Part shown: positions 18,885 through 27,696 of the stretch, piece after piece
How positions within the stretch are numbered: the stretch's first letter is position 1
Layout: each line of letters opens with the position of its first letter
Virus record (IMG/VR): IMGVR_UViG_3300028585_000519
Span: 5,001 to 69,000 of that record
Source of the DNA: a virus
Taxonomy: Duplodnaviria > Caudoviricetes
Length of the DNA: 64,000 nucleotides
Strand: one strand, 5' to 3'
Program-made: the position numbers and the translations under genes
Notes under the pieces: model-generated
What the model was told of the DNA's origin: nothing
Database searches by the model: none
The model's input: the letters and a program-made list of their open reading frames with translations, nothing else

Positions 18885-19127
18885 ATGCTACGCCCCGAGG
18901 TCGCCGCCCTGTTTGCGCTCACCAGCCACACCACCCGGCTGCACGTCGTGCGCCTGGGCCGGGACGTCGACCTGACCCAAATCAGCGTCGAGGAGGCCGA
19001 GGAGCTATTGGCCCTTCCAGGTGGTTTCGAGTGGCTGCGGCGGAAGGCAATGCCCGAAAACGAAGCGAGCCCGGTGGCTGTCACCACCAGGCCCGCCAGG
19101 GCAAAAAGGAAAAAAGCGAGCACGTGA
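18885..19127 (+). CDS. Small hypothetical phage protein
   Basis: Operon context, followed by a terminator. Confidence 0.55.
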   Translation: MLRPEVAALFALTSHTTRLHVVRLGRDVDLTQISVEEAEELLALPGGFEWLRRKAMPENEASPVAVTTRPARAKRKKAST

Positions 19128-19164
19128 GGAGGAGCTTGGAGGAGCAGGAAGCTCGCTTTTTTCG

Positions 19165-19197
19165 GCGCCCCGACCAATGGTCGGGGCGCTTTTTTTT
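19165..19197 (+). terminator. Intrinsic terminator
   Basis: GCGCCCCGACC/GGTCGGGGCGC stem plus T8. Confidence 0.85.
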
Positions 19198-19232
19198 GTC
19201 CTTTTCCCCAGCAAGATACAGTGCCAGGTTTG
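19198..19232 (+). promoter_or_regulatory. Phage late promoter motif, copy 3
   Basis: GTCCTTT-N20-CAGGTTTG. Confidence 0.75.
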
Positions 19233-19236
19233 CATG

Positions 19237-19866
19237 GTGAAGGATATACGGGAGTGGCTGAAAAGCGGGCTGGATTACGCCCAGGGCGTGGCCCTATATG
19301 AAAGGTTTGGTAAGAGTCGCATCGTACTCAATGCCTTACGGCGCGGGGCTAGTGACTTTACGCGCCAGAAGCTGCGCGAAGAATTAACCAAGCTCAGCCA
19401 GCAGGACGTAGCGCCACCGGCACGTGCATGTGTCGTCGATACATCGGTCAAACGGGTTGATAAAACGCCGAATCGTGTGCCTGTCAGCCCCCGGGATGGC
19501 CAGGTAGCTAGCTCAGCAGTTGAGCACCCCGAGCGCCGCACCTGGTACGCCAACCGGGCTTATGCTCACGCCCAGTTGGAGCTAGTGGGCACCGATGCTG
19601 AGCGGCGCGAGCTGGCCACCAGCATCCTGGCTGCATCGGAGCAAATAACGGCCAGCTACCGGGCCATGGAGGCCCCAGCCGACGTGGCGCCCGGCCCTGA
19701 CCTGGCCGCGCTCACCGACGAAGGGGAAGTCCGCCGGCTGCTGGCTAACCTGCGCCCGCAGCGCAGCAAACTGAAAAACCGCCCCGACCGCGCCAGCGAC
19801 CTGGCCCGGGTAGTGGCCCAAATTACCCTGTTGGAAACGAAGCTGAAGACCTGTGATGGAGACTAA
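19237..19866 (+). CDS. Hypothetical phage protein upstream of terminases (start GTG 19237 or ATG 19234)
   Basis: KDIREWLKSGLDYAQGVALYERFG N-terminus, coiled C-terminus. Confidence 0.65.
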   Translation: MKDIREWLKSGLDYAQGVALYERFGKSRIVLNALRRGASDFTRQKLREELTKLSQQDVAPPARACVVDTSVKRVDKTPNRVPVSPRDGQVASSAVEHPERRTWYANRAYAHAQLELVGTDAERRELATSILAASEQITASYRAMEAPADVAPGPDLAALTDEGEVRRLLANLRPQRSKLKNRPDRASDLARVVAQITLLETKLKTCDGD

Positions 19867-20515
19867 TCCGAACTATACCCCCGACACTGAAACGGCCCTG
19901 GACCGCATCCGGGCCTCGTTTTTCTCCGATGAGGAAGACCCCGACGCCCAATTGAGCCCGGCAGAGCTGGACCAGAAGGGCCAGCTCGTGTGCGCCCACG
20001 CCAACCGCACCGAGGGCAAAAGCCTGGAAAAAACCGTGAAGCTGCTCATCGCCCGCTACGGCGTGAGCCGAGCCACGGCCTACCGCCGGTGCCGCGACGC
20101 CTCGGTTTTGTTTGCCGACGTGACGCGCACCCACAAGGAAGGCGAGCGCCAGATTGTGTACGAGATGGCCCAGCGCGCTTACCGCGATGCGGCTAAGCTC
20201 GGCGACCCCAAGGGTATGAACGGGGCCATCGCCAACATGATTAAGCTCAAGCGCCTCGATAAGGAGGACTCGGCCGCGCTTACGCCCGACCTGCTGGGCG
20301 ACAAAACCTACTACCTGCAGGTAGGGCAGGGGAGTGGTAAGGGCCAGAAGGTCATTGACCTGGGGCAGTTGGAGCACCTCGACGAGGGCACCTACGCCGA
20401 GGTAGTAGACGCCGTGGAAAGCTCGGATTTGCCCCTGGCAGGCATGAGAGCCCTGTTGTTGGAAGCTAGAGAGGAAGGAGAAGAAGATGTCGACGACGAA
20501 CGCGCCGCAGGTTAA
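19853..20515 (+). CDS. Terminase small subunit (putative)
   Basis: HTH-like IARYGVSRATAYRR; directly upstream of the large terminase. Confidence 0.65.
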   Translation: MMETNPNYTPDTETALDRIRASFFSDEEDPDAQLSPAELDQKGQLVCAHANRTEGKSLEKTVKLLIARYGVSRATAYRRCRDASVLFADVTRTHKEGERQIVYEMAQRAYRDAAKLGDPKGMNGAIANMIKLKRLDKEDSAALTPDLLGDKTYYLQVGQGSGKGQKVIDLGQLEHLDEGTYAEVVDAVESSDLPLAGMRALLLEAREEGEEDVDDERAAG

Positions 20516-22178
20516 GCCCCTGCACTTCAATCGGCCCCAGCTGCGGTTTATGATTAGCAAGCTGGCCAGCGCGGTTTCGCTCTGGAGCCGGGCCACGGGT
20601 AAGAGCACGCTCATTGCCTGGCTCATGCACCTCATCGTGACCAAGATGCCGCGCTCGTGCTGGGCCATCGTGGGCTCGACCTACGCCCAGATTCTGACGC
20701 GCACGCTGCCCTCGACCATCGCGAGCCTGGAGCGGCTGGGCTATTTGAAGGACGTGCACTACTTCATCGGGCGCAAGCCACCGCAGGGCTGGGGCTGGCC
20801 CGAGCCCTACCAGCGCCCGGTCCGCTACGACCACTTCATCATTTTCTATACCGGGGCCGGCTTTCACCTCATCAGCCAGGACGGCAACGGCAGCAGCTCG
20901 CGCGGCGTGAACCTGGACGGCTACATCGGCGACGAGGCCCTGCTGCTCGACCGCGAAAAGCTGGGTACGGACGTGATTGCGGCCAACCGGGGCAACAAAG
21001 ATTACTGGCCCGGCTGCCAGCTGCACCACGGCAAGTTTCTGTTCAGCTCGATGCCCTGGGGCGATACGGGCAAGTGGCTGCTGGACGAGGCAGCCTACTA
21101 CGAGCGCGACGGGCAGAATTTCGGCCTGGTGCGCGAGCGCCTGATTGCCTTGCAGCTCGACTTCGTGGACAGCCGCTCGATGAAGACTCGCGAGCAACTC
21201 TACGAGGAAATTCTGGCCCTCTCGGCCCAGTTGCGCTTTTACCCCAACCAGGCGAAGCTCAAGCGCGGTGATAAGCAGGTGGCCAAGGGCATGCTCTACT
21301 CGGAGGCCAACATCTTCGATAATATTCAGAACCTGGGCATTCCGTACCTGGAAGAGCAGCGCCGCGAGCTATCGGATTTCATGTTTTTGATTGAAATCCT
21401 GAATCAGCGGCCCAAGTCGGTGGAGGCGGGCTTCTACCCCAAGCTCGCGGCCCACCACGCCCAGGAGTGCCCCGATAACGCTTACGTGGCTGGCCTGGAG
21501 TTCAACCTGAGCCGGCTCAGCGTGCACGATAGCCGCATGGACGGCGACTGCCGGGCCCACCAGCCCCTGCGCATGTCGGTGGACTGGGGCGCCACCATCA
21601 GCACCATGCTGCTGGCCCAGGTACACGCCGACGTGAGCGAGTACCGCTTCCTCAAGGGCCTGTACGTGAAGCATCCCAAGCTGATTAAGGACCTAGCCAA
21701 GCTCTTCACCACCTACTACGCCTACCACTTGAACAAGGTGGTGGAGCTGGTTCAGGATAACGAGTGGGGTAACCGCCGCGCCCCCGACGCCAAGCTGACT
21801 TACAACGAGCAACTCATCGAGGAGTTGCGCGACGCCGGCTGGCGGGTGCGCGTCATCGACCAGGGCCGGGCTCCGGACTACGCCGTGCGCTACAAGCTGG
21901 CCATGGACCTGCTGGGCGAGGCCGATAGCCGCCAGCTGCGCATCCGCTTCAACAAGGTCAACTGCCGCGACGTGCTCACGGCCTTGAGCATGGCGCCCCT
22001 GCGCATCGGTAGCAAGGGACAGACCGAGAAGGATAAGCGCAGTGAGCAGCGCAAGACCACGCCGGCCCAGGAGGCCACCCACTTCACCGACAACGTGGAC
22101 CTGCACTTCGTCTCAATTGACAAGTACGTGGCCAAGGCAGCGGGCAGTGGGCATGGCCTACTCATCGTCAGTGCCTAG
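20487..22178 (+). CDS. terL: Terminase large subunit
   Basis: Walker A SRATGKS, Walker B YIGDEA, RNase H-like SVDWG and HFTDNVD. Confidence 0.85.
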   Translation: MSTTNAPQVKPLHFNRPQLRFMISKLASAVSLWSRATGKSTLIAWLMHLIVTKMPRSCWAIVGSTYAQILTRTLPSTIASLERLGYLKDVHYFIGRKPPQGWGWPEPYQRPVRYDHFIIFYTGAGFHLISQDGNGSSSRGVNLDGYIGDEALLLDREKLGTDVIAANRGNKDYWPGCQLHHGKFLFSSMPWGDTGKWLLDEAAYYERDGQNFGLVRERLIALQLDFVDSRSMKTREQLYEEILALSAQLRFYPNQAKLKRGDKQVAKGMLYSEANIFDNIQNLGIPYLEEQRRELSDFMFLIEILNQRPKSVEAGFYPKLAAHHAQECPDNAYVAGLEFNLSRLSVHDSRMDGDCRAHQPLRMSVDWGATISTMLLAQVHADVSEYRFLKGLYVKHPKLIKDLAKLFTTYYAYHLNKVVELVQDNEWGNRRAPDAKLTYNEQLIEELRDAGWRVRVIDQGRAPDYAVRYKLAMDLLGEADSRQLRIRFNKVNCRDVLTALSMAPLRIGSKGQTEKDKRSEQRKTTPAQEATHFTDNVDLHFVSIDKYVAKAAGSGHGLLIVSA

Positions 22179-22223
22179 TGGCAATTGCCGCGAGATGTAA
22201 CACGAGCTTTCCTCACAAAACCT

Positions 22224-22259
22224 AAAAACCCTCTTCCCAGCACGGGAAGAGGGTTTTTT
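22224..22259. terminator. Intrinsic terminator, possibly bidirectional
   Basis: AAAAACCCTCTTCCC/GGGAAGAGGGTTTTT. Confidence 0.85.
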
Positions 22260-22276
22260 CATGTCCGGCCCGGGGT

Positions 22277-22352
22277 ATATCCTTTTGGTGCCCCCTGGCA
22301 ATTGCCAATTGGGCAACAGTGCACGTTGGGGTCTTCAGCGACTAAATGAGAC
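22277..22352. other. Conserved non-coding block, candidate packaging site
   Basis: Motif scaffold shared with 51777-51850. Confidence 0.5.
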
Positions 22353-22463
22353 GAAAAAGTCCCGAAAAACCTAAAAAATGGCCTTCCTGCTATCGCCAGG
22401 GCACTTGGCTGTGAGACTGGTATCATTCGCTGGCCGGCCAGCGGGTTTGCCAGTCGTTTTGCT

Positions 22464-22498
22464 GTCCTTTTTGCGCAGGGGCACCTAGCCCAGTTTTG
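22464..22498 (+). promoter_or_regulatory. Phage late promoter motif, copy 4
   Basis: GTCCTTT-N20-CAGTTTTG. Confidence 0.75.
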
Positions 22499-22523
22499 CA
22501 GCGGAGATTAGCGAAGAGGAACA

Positions 22524-22790
22524 GTGGAGACGATACGACTAGCGGATGCGCTGGCGCGAATGGAGGCGGCTAAGGTGCCGTTTACCCTGCGCTTTGTGAC
22601 CTATGATGCCGGCAGAAAGACGGGCGGCCGTGTGGTCGAGTGGGAAAACTGTCGTTTGGCAGCAAAAAGCGAAGGACATCCTTATCGCTACCCCACACGC
22701 AACCTGTTAGTAGGGGAGAGTTTAGAGCGCCGCAAGGTGCACATCTGGCTGCTGCTGGCCCTCGACGGCCAGCGCATTATGCTAGGGTAG
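22524..22790 (+). CDS. Small conserved phage protein upstream of portal
   Basis: TIRLADALARME; a remnant (IRLKDALALLD) lies near 51905. Confidence 0.65.
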   Translation: METIRLADALARMEAAKVPFTLRFVTYDAGRKTGGRVVEWENCRLAAKSEGHPYRYPTRNLLVGESLERRKVHIWLLLALDGQRIMLG

Positions 22791-22849
22791 AGGAGTGCCT
22801 GGCCGGCTAGGGAGTCGGCAGGATGGAGGAACGTGCAGGAGAAGATTTT

Positions 22850-24235
22850 ATGCGAGTAGTTATTAGCCCAGATGGGCGTTTCGGCCACGTCGATGGCGGC
22901 GAGACCGTGTTCAAGCTCAACGCCGGTGTCAGCGGCCCCAGTGGCGGCAGTGGCGCCGGCAATCTGCCGGCGGCCGAGCCCACCTCACCTCAGCGCAAGC
23001 CCGAGGGCGGGGGCCTTATCTCGCCCTGGGGCGAGGACAACCTGTTTCCGCAGGCCGTGGTCAAGGACATGGAGAAAAACACGGTGTTGCCCGCCGTGCT
23101 GGAGCAAAAAACGGCCACTATGTACGGCCAGGGTATCGCCTACGGCATCATTGCGGGCGTCGATAAGAGTGGCGCCAAGCAGTTCGAGGGGCAATACGTG
23201 CCCGAAATCGAGGACTTTTTGGAGGGTTCCAACGTGGCGCGCTACGCCTTCGAATGCCTGAAGGATATCAACATCTTCGGTAATGCTTTCCCCGAGCTGA
23301 TACTGAGCAAGAACCGGCAGAAAATTGTCGGTATTGCGCTTCAGGACGCAGTTTGGTGCCGCTACGGCATCCCTAAAAACGGGGTGGTGGACTACGTCTA
23401 CCTCAACGCCAACTGGCACGACGGCGGCTCGGCCACCGACCCGGTGCTCACCACCAAGATTCCGCTTATCGACCCCTACTACGACGCCGTGGGCAACCTA
23501 CGCGCCCGTACCGATAGCTTCAATTACTGCTATCCGCTCAGCATCCCTTCGCCCGACAAGGCGCTCTACCAGCTCGTGGCCTGGAACTCGCTGCGCCGCT
23601 CGGGCTGGCTCGACGTGGCCGCCGCCATTCCCGAGTTCAAGAAGATGCTGTTCAAAAACCAGCTTAGCGTCAAGTACTTGGTGGAGATTCACTCGTCGTA
23701 CTGGAACTGTAAGTACGGCGAATGGGATGCGCTACCCCAGGAGGAGCGCACGCGCCTGCTCTCGGAAGAGCTGACGACCTTCAACAACGTCATGAGCGGT
23801 ACCAACGGTGCTGGTAAGACGGTGATGTCCACTACGTACACCGATAAACTCACGGGTAAGGAGTTCTCGGCTTTCAAGATTACGGCCATCGATGACAAGC
23901 TCAAGGACGGCATCTACATCGAGGACTCGCAGGAGGCCAGCAGCCACATCTACACGGCCGTGGGCTACGCGCCGGCCCTAATGGGCGTCTCGCCCGGCAA
24001 GGGCATGGGGGGCGGCGCCGGCGGTGGCTCCGAGCCCCGGGTGCTGTTTTCCAATTTCATCAGCACCGCCCAATTCCACATGGACTTGGTGCTGGAGCCG
24101 CTCAACCTGATTGCCCGCTACAACAACTGGACGGTGGGCGGCAAGCCCATCCGCTTCAAGTTCCTGCCGCCCCTGGTCATGACCGAAGCCACGGCCAACA
24201 CCCCCTCGGCCGACCCGCAGCAGCAGTCGAAATAA
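22850..24235 (+). CDS. Portal protein (putative)
   Basis: About 460 aa downstream of terminase; PWGEDNLFPQ N-terminal motif; homologous remnant at 52075. Confidence 0.7.
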   Translation: MRVVISPDGRFGHVDGGETVFKLNAGVSGPSGGSGAGNLPAAEPTSPQRKPEGGGLISPWGEDNLFPQAVVKDMEKNTVLPAVLEQKTATMYGQGIAYGIIAGVDKSGAKQFEGQYVPEIEDFLEGSNVARYAFECLKDINIFGNAFPELILSKNRQKIVGIALQDAVWCRYGIPKNGVVDYVYLNANWHDGGSATDPVLTTKIPLIDPYYDAVGNLRARTDSFNYCYPLSIPSPDKALYQLVAWNSLRRSGWLDVAAAIPEFKKMLFKNQLSVKYLVEIHSSYWNCKYGEWDALPQEERTRLLSEELTTFNNVMSGTNGAGKTVMSTTYTDKLTGKEFSAFKITAIDDKLKDGIYIEDSQEASSHIYTAVGYAPALMGVSPGKGMGGGAGGGSEPRVLFSNFISTAQFHMDLVLEPLNLIARYNNWTVGGKPIRFKFLPPLVMTEATANTPSADPQQQSK

Positions 24236-24612
24236 TGGAGCTGATACCCCAACCTACCGGCTCCTACAAATGCACCCAGTGCTGCGTGGCTATGGTTGCC
24301 GGCGTCACGCTGAAGAAGAGCATCAAAGCCTTCGGTCTGGAGCACGCCACCAACCTCTACGCCATGCGCAACGCCCTGAAAAAGCTGGGCTACGTGGCCG
24401 CTGAGAAATACGAATCCTTCGGCCGCAAGGAAAAGCGGCTGCCGCGCACCTGCATTCTGCGGCTCAAATGGCCTAAGCAGAAGCTGGGCCATTGCGTGGT
24501 CTTCCACAAAGGCGAGGTCTACGACCCGGCGGGCTACGTGCTGGACTGGTCGGACTTCCTGGCAATGAATTGCGACGCTTTCATCACTTACCTCAGCATC
24601 AACCCCGCATGA
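24235..24612 (+). CDS. C39-like papain-fold peptidase
   Basis: Q...CTQCCVAM, GHCVV and YDP give a Cys-His-Asp arrangement. Confidence 0.65.
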   Translation: MELIPQPTGSYKCTQCCVAMVAGVTLKKSIKAFGLEHATNLYAMRNALKKLGYVAAEKYESFGRKEKRLPRTCILRLKWPKQKLGHCVVFHKGEVYDPAGYVLDWSDFLAMNCDAFITYLSINPA

Positions 24613-25625
24613 GCCTGATTCGCACCATCGACCAATTCTGCGCTCATGTGCGGCTGCAGGCTAGTGGCACCCTACTCGAAAACCTGGAGCCCGACCTGCG
24701 CGTGGCCGAGCGCCGCCACCTGCGCCCGGTGCTGGGCGCGGCCCTCTACAACGAGCTAACCGCCTTGAGCAACGGCGACGTGCAGGCGGCGCTCGACGAC
24801 TCGGCCAGCGCCACCGGCGGGCTGCTGCGCCTGGTGCACGAGGCGCTGGCCAACCTGGGCCTGCTGGAGTACTTGCCACTCAATCAGTTGCAAATCAACG
24901 ACGCCGGCGTGTACGTCGTCAACGGGGGCTCGCGGCCCTTCCAGTGGCAAATCGACCAGCTCAAGGCCAGCCTGCGCGGCAAGGGCTACAACGCGCTGGA
25001 AAGCGTGCTGGAGTACCTGCAGGCCCACCTCGCCGACTTTCCGGCCTGGGCCACGTCGCCGGCGGCCGTGCAGGCCCGCGAGCAGCTCCTGGCCTCAGCG
25101 GCCGAGTTTACGCGCCACTACGATATCGCCGGCTCGCGTCTCACTTACCAGGCCCTGCTGGCCACCCTGCGCAAGGTCGAGCGCTTCGAGCTGGAGCCCG
25201 TGCTCAGCTTCGAGTACCTGGGCGAGTTGAGGGCCCAACTCGTGGCCGGCGCCGTATCGGCCGACAATCAGGTCGTGCTGGAGCGCTTCCTGCGCCCGGC
25301 CCTGGCGCACCTGGTCGTGGCCGCCGCCATTCCGGAGGTGGGCCTCACCTTCAACGGGAGCGCCCTGGAGCTCAACATCTTCCGTCCCGACGACGCCAAC
25401 GCCAAGGAAGCTGACGCCAGCCTCGACCAACTGCTGAGCCTGAAAATGAGCAAGGCCCGTGCCGATGGCCTGGTCTTCCTGACGCAGCTGCGCCGGCACC
25501 TGAACCTATACGCCTCGGGCATCCGCTTCGCCACCTACTTCAATTCCAGCGCCTACACCGACCCCCAAGCCCCGCGCCTGGTGGTGCGCACGGCGCCCGA
25601 TTCCCCCACCATCTTTTTCGGCTAG
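24609..25625 (+). CDS. DUF6712-like head-associated protein
   Basis: LRPVLGAALYNEL and RFELEPVLSFEYL repeats; position after the portal. Confidence 0.6.
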   Translation: MSLIRTIDQFCAHVRLQASGTLLENLEPDLRVAERRHLRPVLGAALYNELTALSNGDVQAALDDSASATGGLLRLVHEALANLGLLEYLPLNQLQINDAGVYVVNGGSRPFQWQIDQLKASLRGKGYNALESVLEYLQAHLADFPAWATSPAAVQAREQLLASAAEFTRHYDIAGSRLTYQALLATLRKVERFELEPVLSFEYLGELRAQLVAGAVSADNQVVLERFLRPALAHLVVAAAIPEVGLTFNGSALELNIFRPDDANAKEADASLDQLLSLKMSKARADGLVFLTQLRRHLNLYASGIRFATYFNSSAYTDPQAPRLVVRTAPDSPTIFFG

Positions 25626-25627
25626 TT

Positions 25628-25999
25628 ATGCCCCACCTCCCCACTACTACCGGCGGCGGCCAGGACTTGATGCTGGCCGTGGTCATCATGCTTTGCTCGG
25701 GCCTCTCGGCCCTGGTCGGTTGGTTTATCGTGCGCACCCTGAAAAGCGTCGAGGATGCCATCCAGGCCGGCAAGGCCGAAACCACGGCCCTGCGCACGGA
25801 GCTGGCCACCGTCAAGGCCGACCTGAAGGGCTACGCCAACCAGGTCGAGCGCCAAAGTGAGGAGCTAGGCAGCCTCAAACGCGCCTACGTCGTGCTGGAG
25901 CGCGCTTTCAGCGCAATGGACAAGTGGCTCTACGGCCAGCACGTGCTGGGCAAGCTGCCCCAGCCGCCCGACTTCCGGGCTTCTGCAACCCCTGACTAA
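25628..25999 (+). CDS. Holin-like TM and coiled-coil protein
   Basis: N-terminal TM then coiled coil; first gene of the lysis cassette. Confidence 0.5.
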   Translation: MPHLPTTTGGGQDLMLAVVIMLCSGLSALVGWFIVRTLKSVEDAIQAGKAETTALRTELATVKADLKGYANQVERQSEELGSLKRAYVVLERAFSAMDKWLYGQHVLGKLPQPPDFRASATPD

Positions 26000-26021
26000 T
26001 CAGCATTTTACCTTTTTTCTT

Positions 26022-26429
26022 ATGCGCGCATTCCTGCACAACCGCAACCCCCAAAACCTGGCCTGGCACCAGCTGCTCTACGGCTGGCTGCTCCGCCACA
26101 ACGAGCTTCATCTGGCCCTGCTGCTGGCCTTGCTGTGGTACCCCATCCAGCTGGCCTTCGCCTGGTACTTCCCCGACGCGGCGCCCCTTAGCTCCACCCA
26201 GCTCCACAAGGTGCTGCTCACGGCCCTGGTGTTCGTTTCCGGCCACGGCTTTCTCTGGCTGGGCCTGCGCTTCAACCTGCCCATCCTGCCGCGCTGGCTC
26301 AAAAAACGCTTTACCACCACCTTCTTATCCCTTACCGAATGGCAAAAAATGCAATTCTTCGCCTTCTTGTGGTCAGCCTATTTGGTCTGCTGGGCACTCA
26401 TCTGGCTTGGGGCCAGCCAAGCCGCCTAG
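26022..26429 (+). CDS. Holin-like 3-TM membrane protein
   Basis: Three hydrophobic segments; upstream of the endolysin. Confidence 0.55.
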   Translation: MRAFLHNRNPQNLAWHQLLYGWLLRHNELHLALLLALLWYPIQLAFAWYFPDAAPLSSTQLHKVLLTALVFVSGHGFLWLGLRFNLPILPRWLKKRFTTTFLSLTEWQKMQFFAFLWSAYLVCWALIWLGASQAA

Positions 26430-26918
26430 CTTCTACGCCGCCGGCGCCGGCCGTGCGCCAGGCCAACGCGAAGCGCATCCTGGACTGGGAGCGCTCGCAG
26501 CTCTACGTCCGTGAGCATGGCTACAACCGGGGCGCTGAGGTCGAGAGCTACCAACGCACCACGGGCAACGCCCCGGGCAGCGAGTGGTGCGGCTCGTTCC
26601 AGGCCACGGCCAACGCCCGCTGCAAGCTGCCCTTCCCGAACGCGGCCGGCGGCGCGCTACTGGTTCCTGCTCACGAGCCCGCGCACGCTGTTTTTCCAAG
26701 GCGTAGTGGGCAGCGTGGACGCCATTGAGCCCGGCGACCGCGTCGGCTTCTGGAGCCCCAGCGCCCGGCGCATCGGCCACATCGGCGTTGTCGAAACCAA
26801 GACCCGCAACGGATTTGTGACTATCGAGGGCAACGTCAAGTCCGGCGTCAACGCCGGCGTGCACCGTCTCAGCCGGGGCCGGGGCGAAATCCACGCCGCT
26901 TCCAACTGGAGCTACTAG
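26339..26918 (+). pseudogene. CHAP-family endolysin with signal peptide, frameshifted near 26650
   Basis: EWCGSF in one frame, GHIGVV and IEGN in the next; break in GGCGGCGCGCTAC. Confidence 0.8.
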
Positions 26919-26921
26919 TCT

Positions 26922-27089
26922 ATGAAAACCGTGTGCCTCCTTGCCCTGCTGCTGCTCAGCGCCTGCGCCGTGCAGCCGCCCCACCTGGCCCAGGCCCCGC
27001 GCCCGGCCCGCCACCAGTACCGGCACGCCCAGCGCCATCACGCCCGGGTGCGGCCGCATCTCAAACCCTTTTATCTGCCCTGGAATTGA
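26922..27089 (+). CDS. 55-aa cationic His/Arg-rich lipoprotein
   Basis: MKTVCLLALLLLSAC lipobox; TGA overlaps the next TTG. Confidence 0.55.
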   Translation: MKTVCLLALLLLSACAVQPPHLAQAPRPARHQYRHAQRHHARVRPHLKPFYLPWN

Positions 27090-27424
27090 AAAACCTCTAC
27101 GGACTACTCGTGGTGGCCAGCCTGCTCAGCAGCTGCGCCACCGAGCAGCGCATCCCGGCCGCCTTCGATACGAAGCTGGACTCGGCGCTCACCGCCGCCG
27201 GCGTGCCGCCCCTGCGCAAAGTGAAGTTCACCGGCCCGGTAACCTTCCAGGTGGGCACTGGCAACGTGGCCACGGCCATCACCAGGGCCAACGCGCCGGT
27301 GGCCGCCGCCCCCCATGCCACGGCCGCCAAGGTCGAAACATCGGTACCCTGGCCGGTCTACGCCGGTGGGGCCTTGTTGCTGGGGTTGGGTGGCGTTATG
27401 CTACGCGGCAAGCTGCCTTTCTGA
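27086..27424 (+). CDS. Unimolecular spanin-like lipoprotein
   Basis: Lipobox LLSSC plus C-terminal TM (PWPVYAGGALLLGLGG); last gene of the lysis cassette. Confidence 0.7.
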   Translation: MKNLYGLLVVASLLSSCATEQRIPAAFDTKLDSALTAAGVPPLRKVKFTGPVTFQVGTGNVATAITRANAPVAAAPHATAAKVETSVPWPVYAGGALLLGLGGVMLRGKLPF

Positions 27425-27447
27425 GGCAAAGATTTACCCATGAAAAG

Positions 27448-27476
27448 AAGCCCTGGCCAGCAGCCGGGGCTTTTTT
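27448..27476 (+). terminator. Intrinsic terminator
   Basis: AAGCCCTGGC/GCCGGGGCTT plus T tract. Confidence 0.75.
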
Positions 27477-27696
27477 ATTCACTAAACCTCGGCTTCGTCA
27501 GCCGGGAATAAGGAGGCAAATATATCGCGGGAGGATGCTGTGTCGCATAACCTATTTAAGCCGGGTGTATGGCGGATGTGAATAATTCACAAAGCATTGA
27601 CATTTTATTGGTTATAAAGACTAGGGTTCTGTATATTGGTCGCGAGTTACGCAAGGTTTTCCTTGTGTGACTCGCTCACTCTCACCCCCTAAAACT

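Noticed and set aside
27540-27548. GTGTCGCAT, a half-site of the repressor operator, upstream of the moron
   Set aside because: A single 9-mer is expected by chance in a window this size, and the other half is missing
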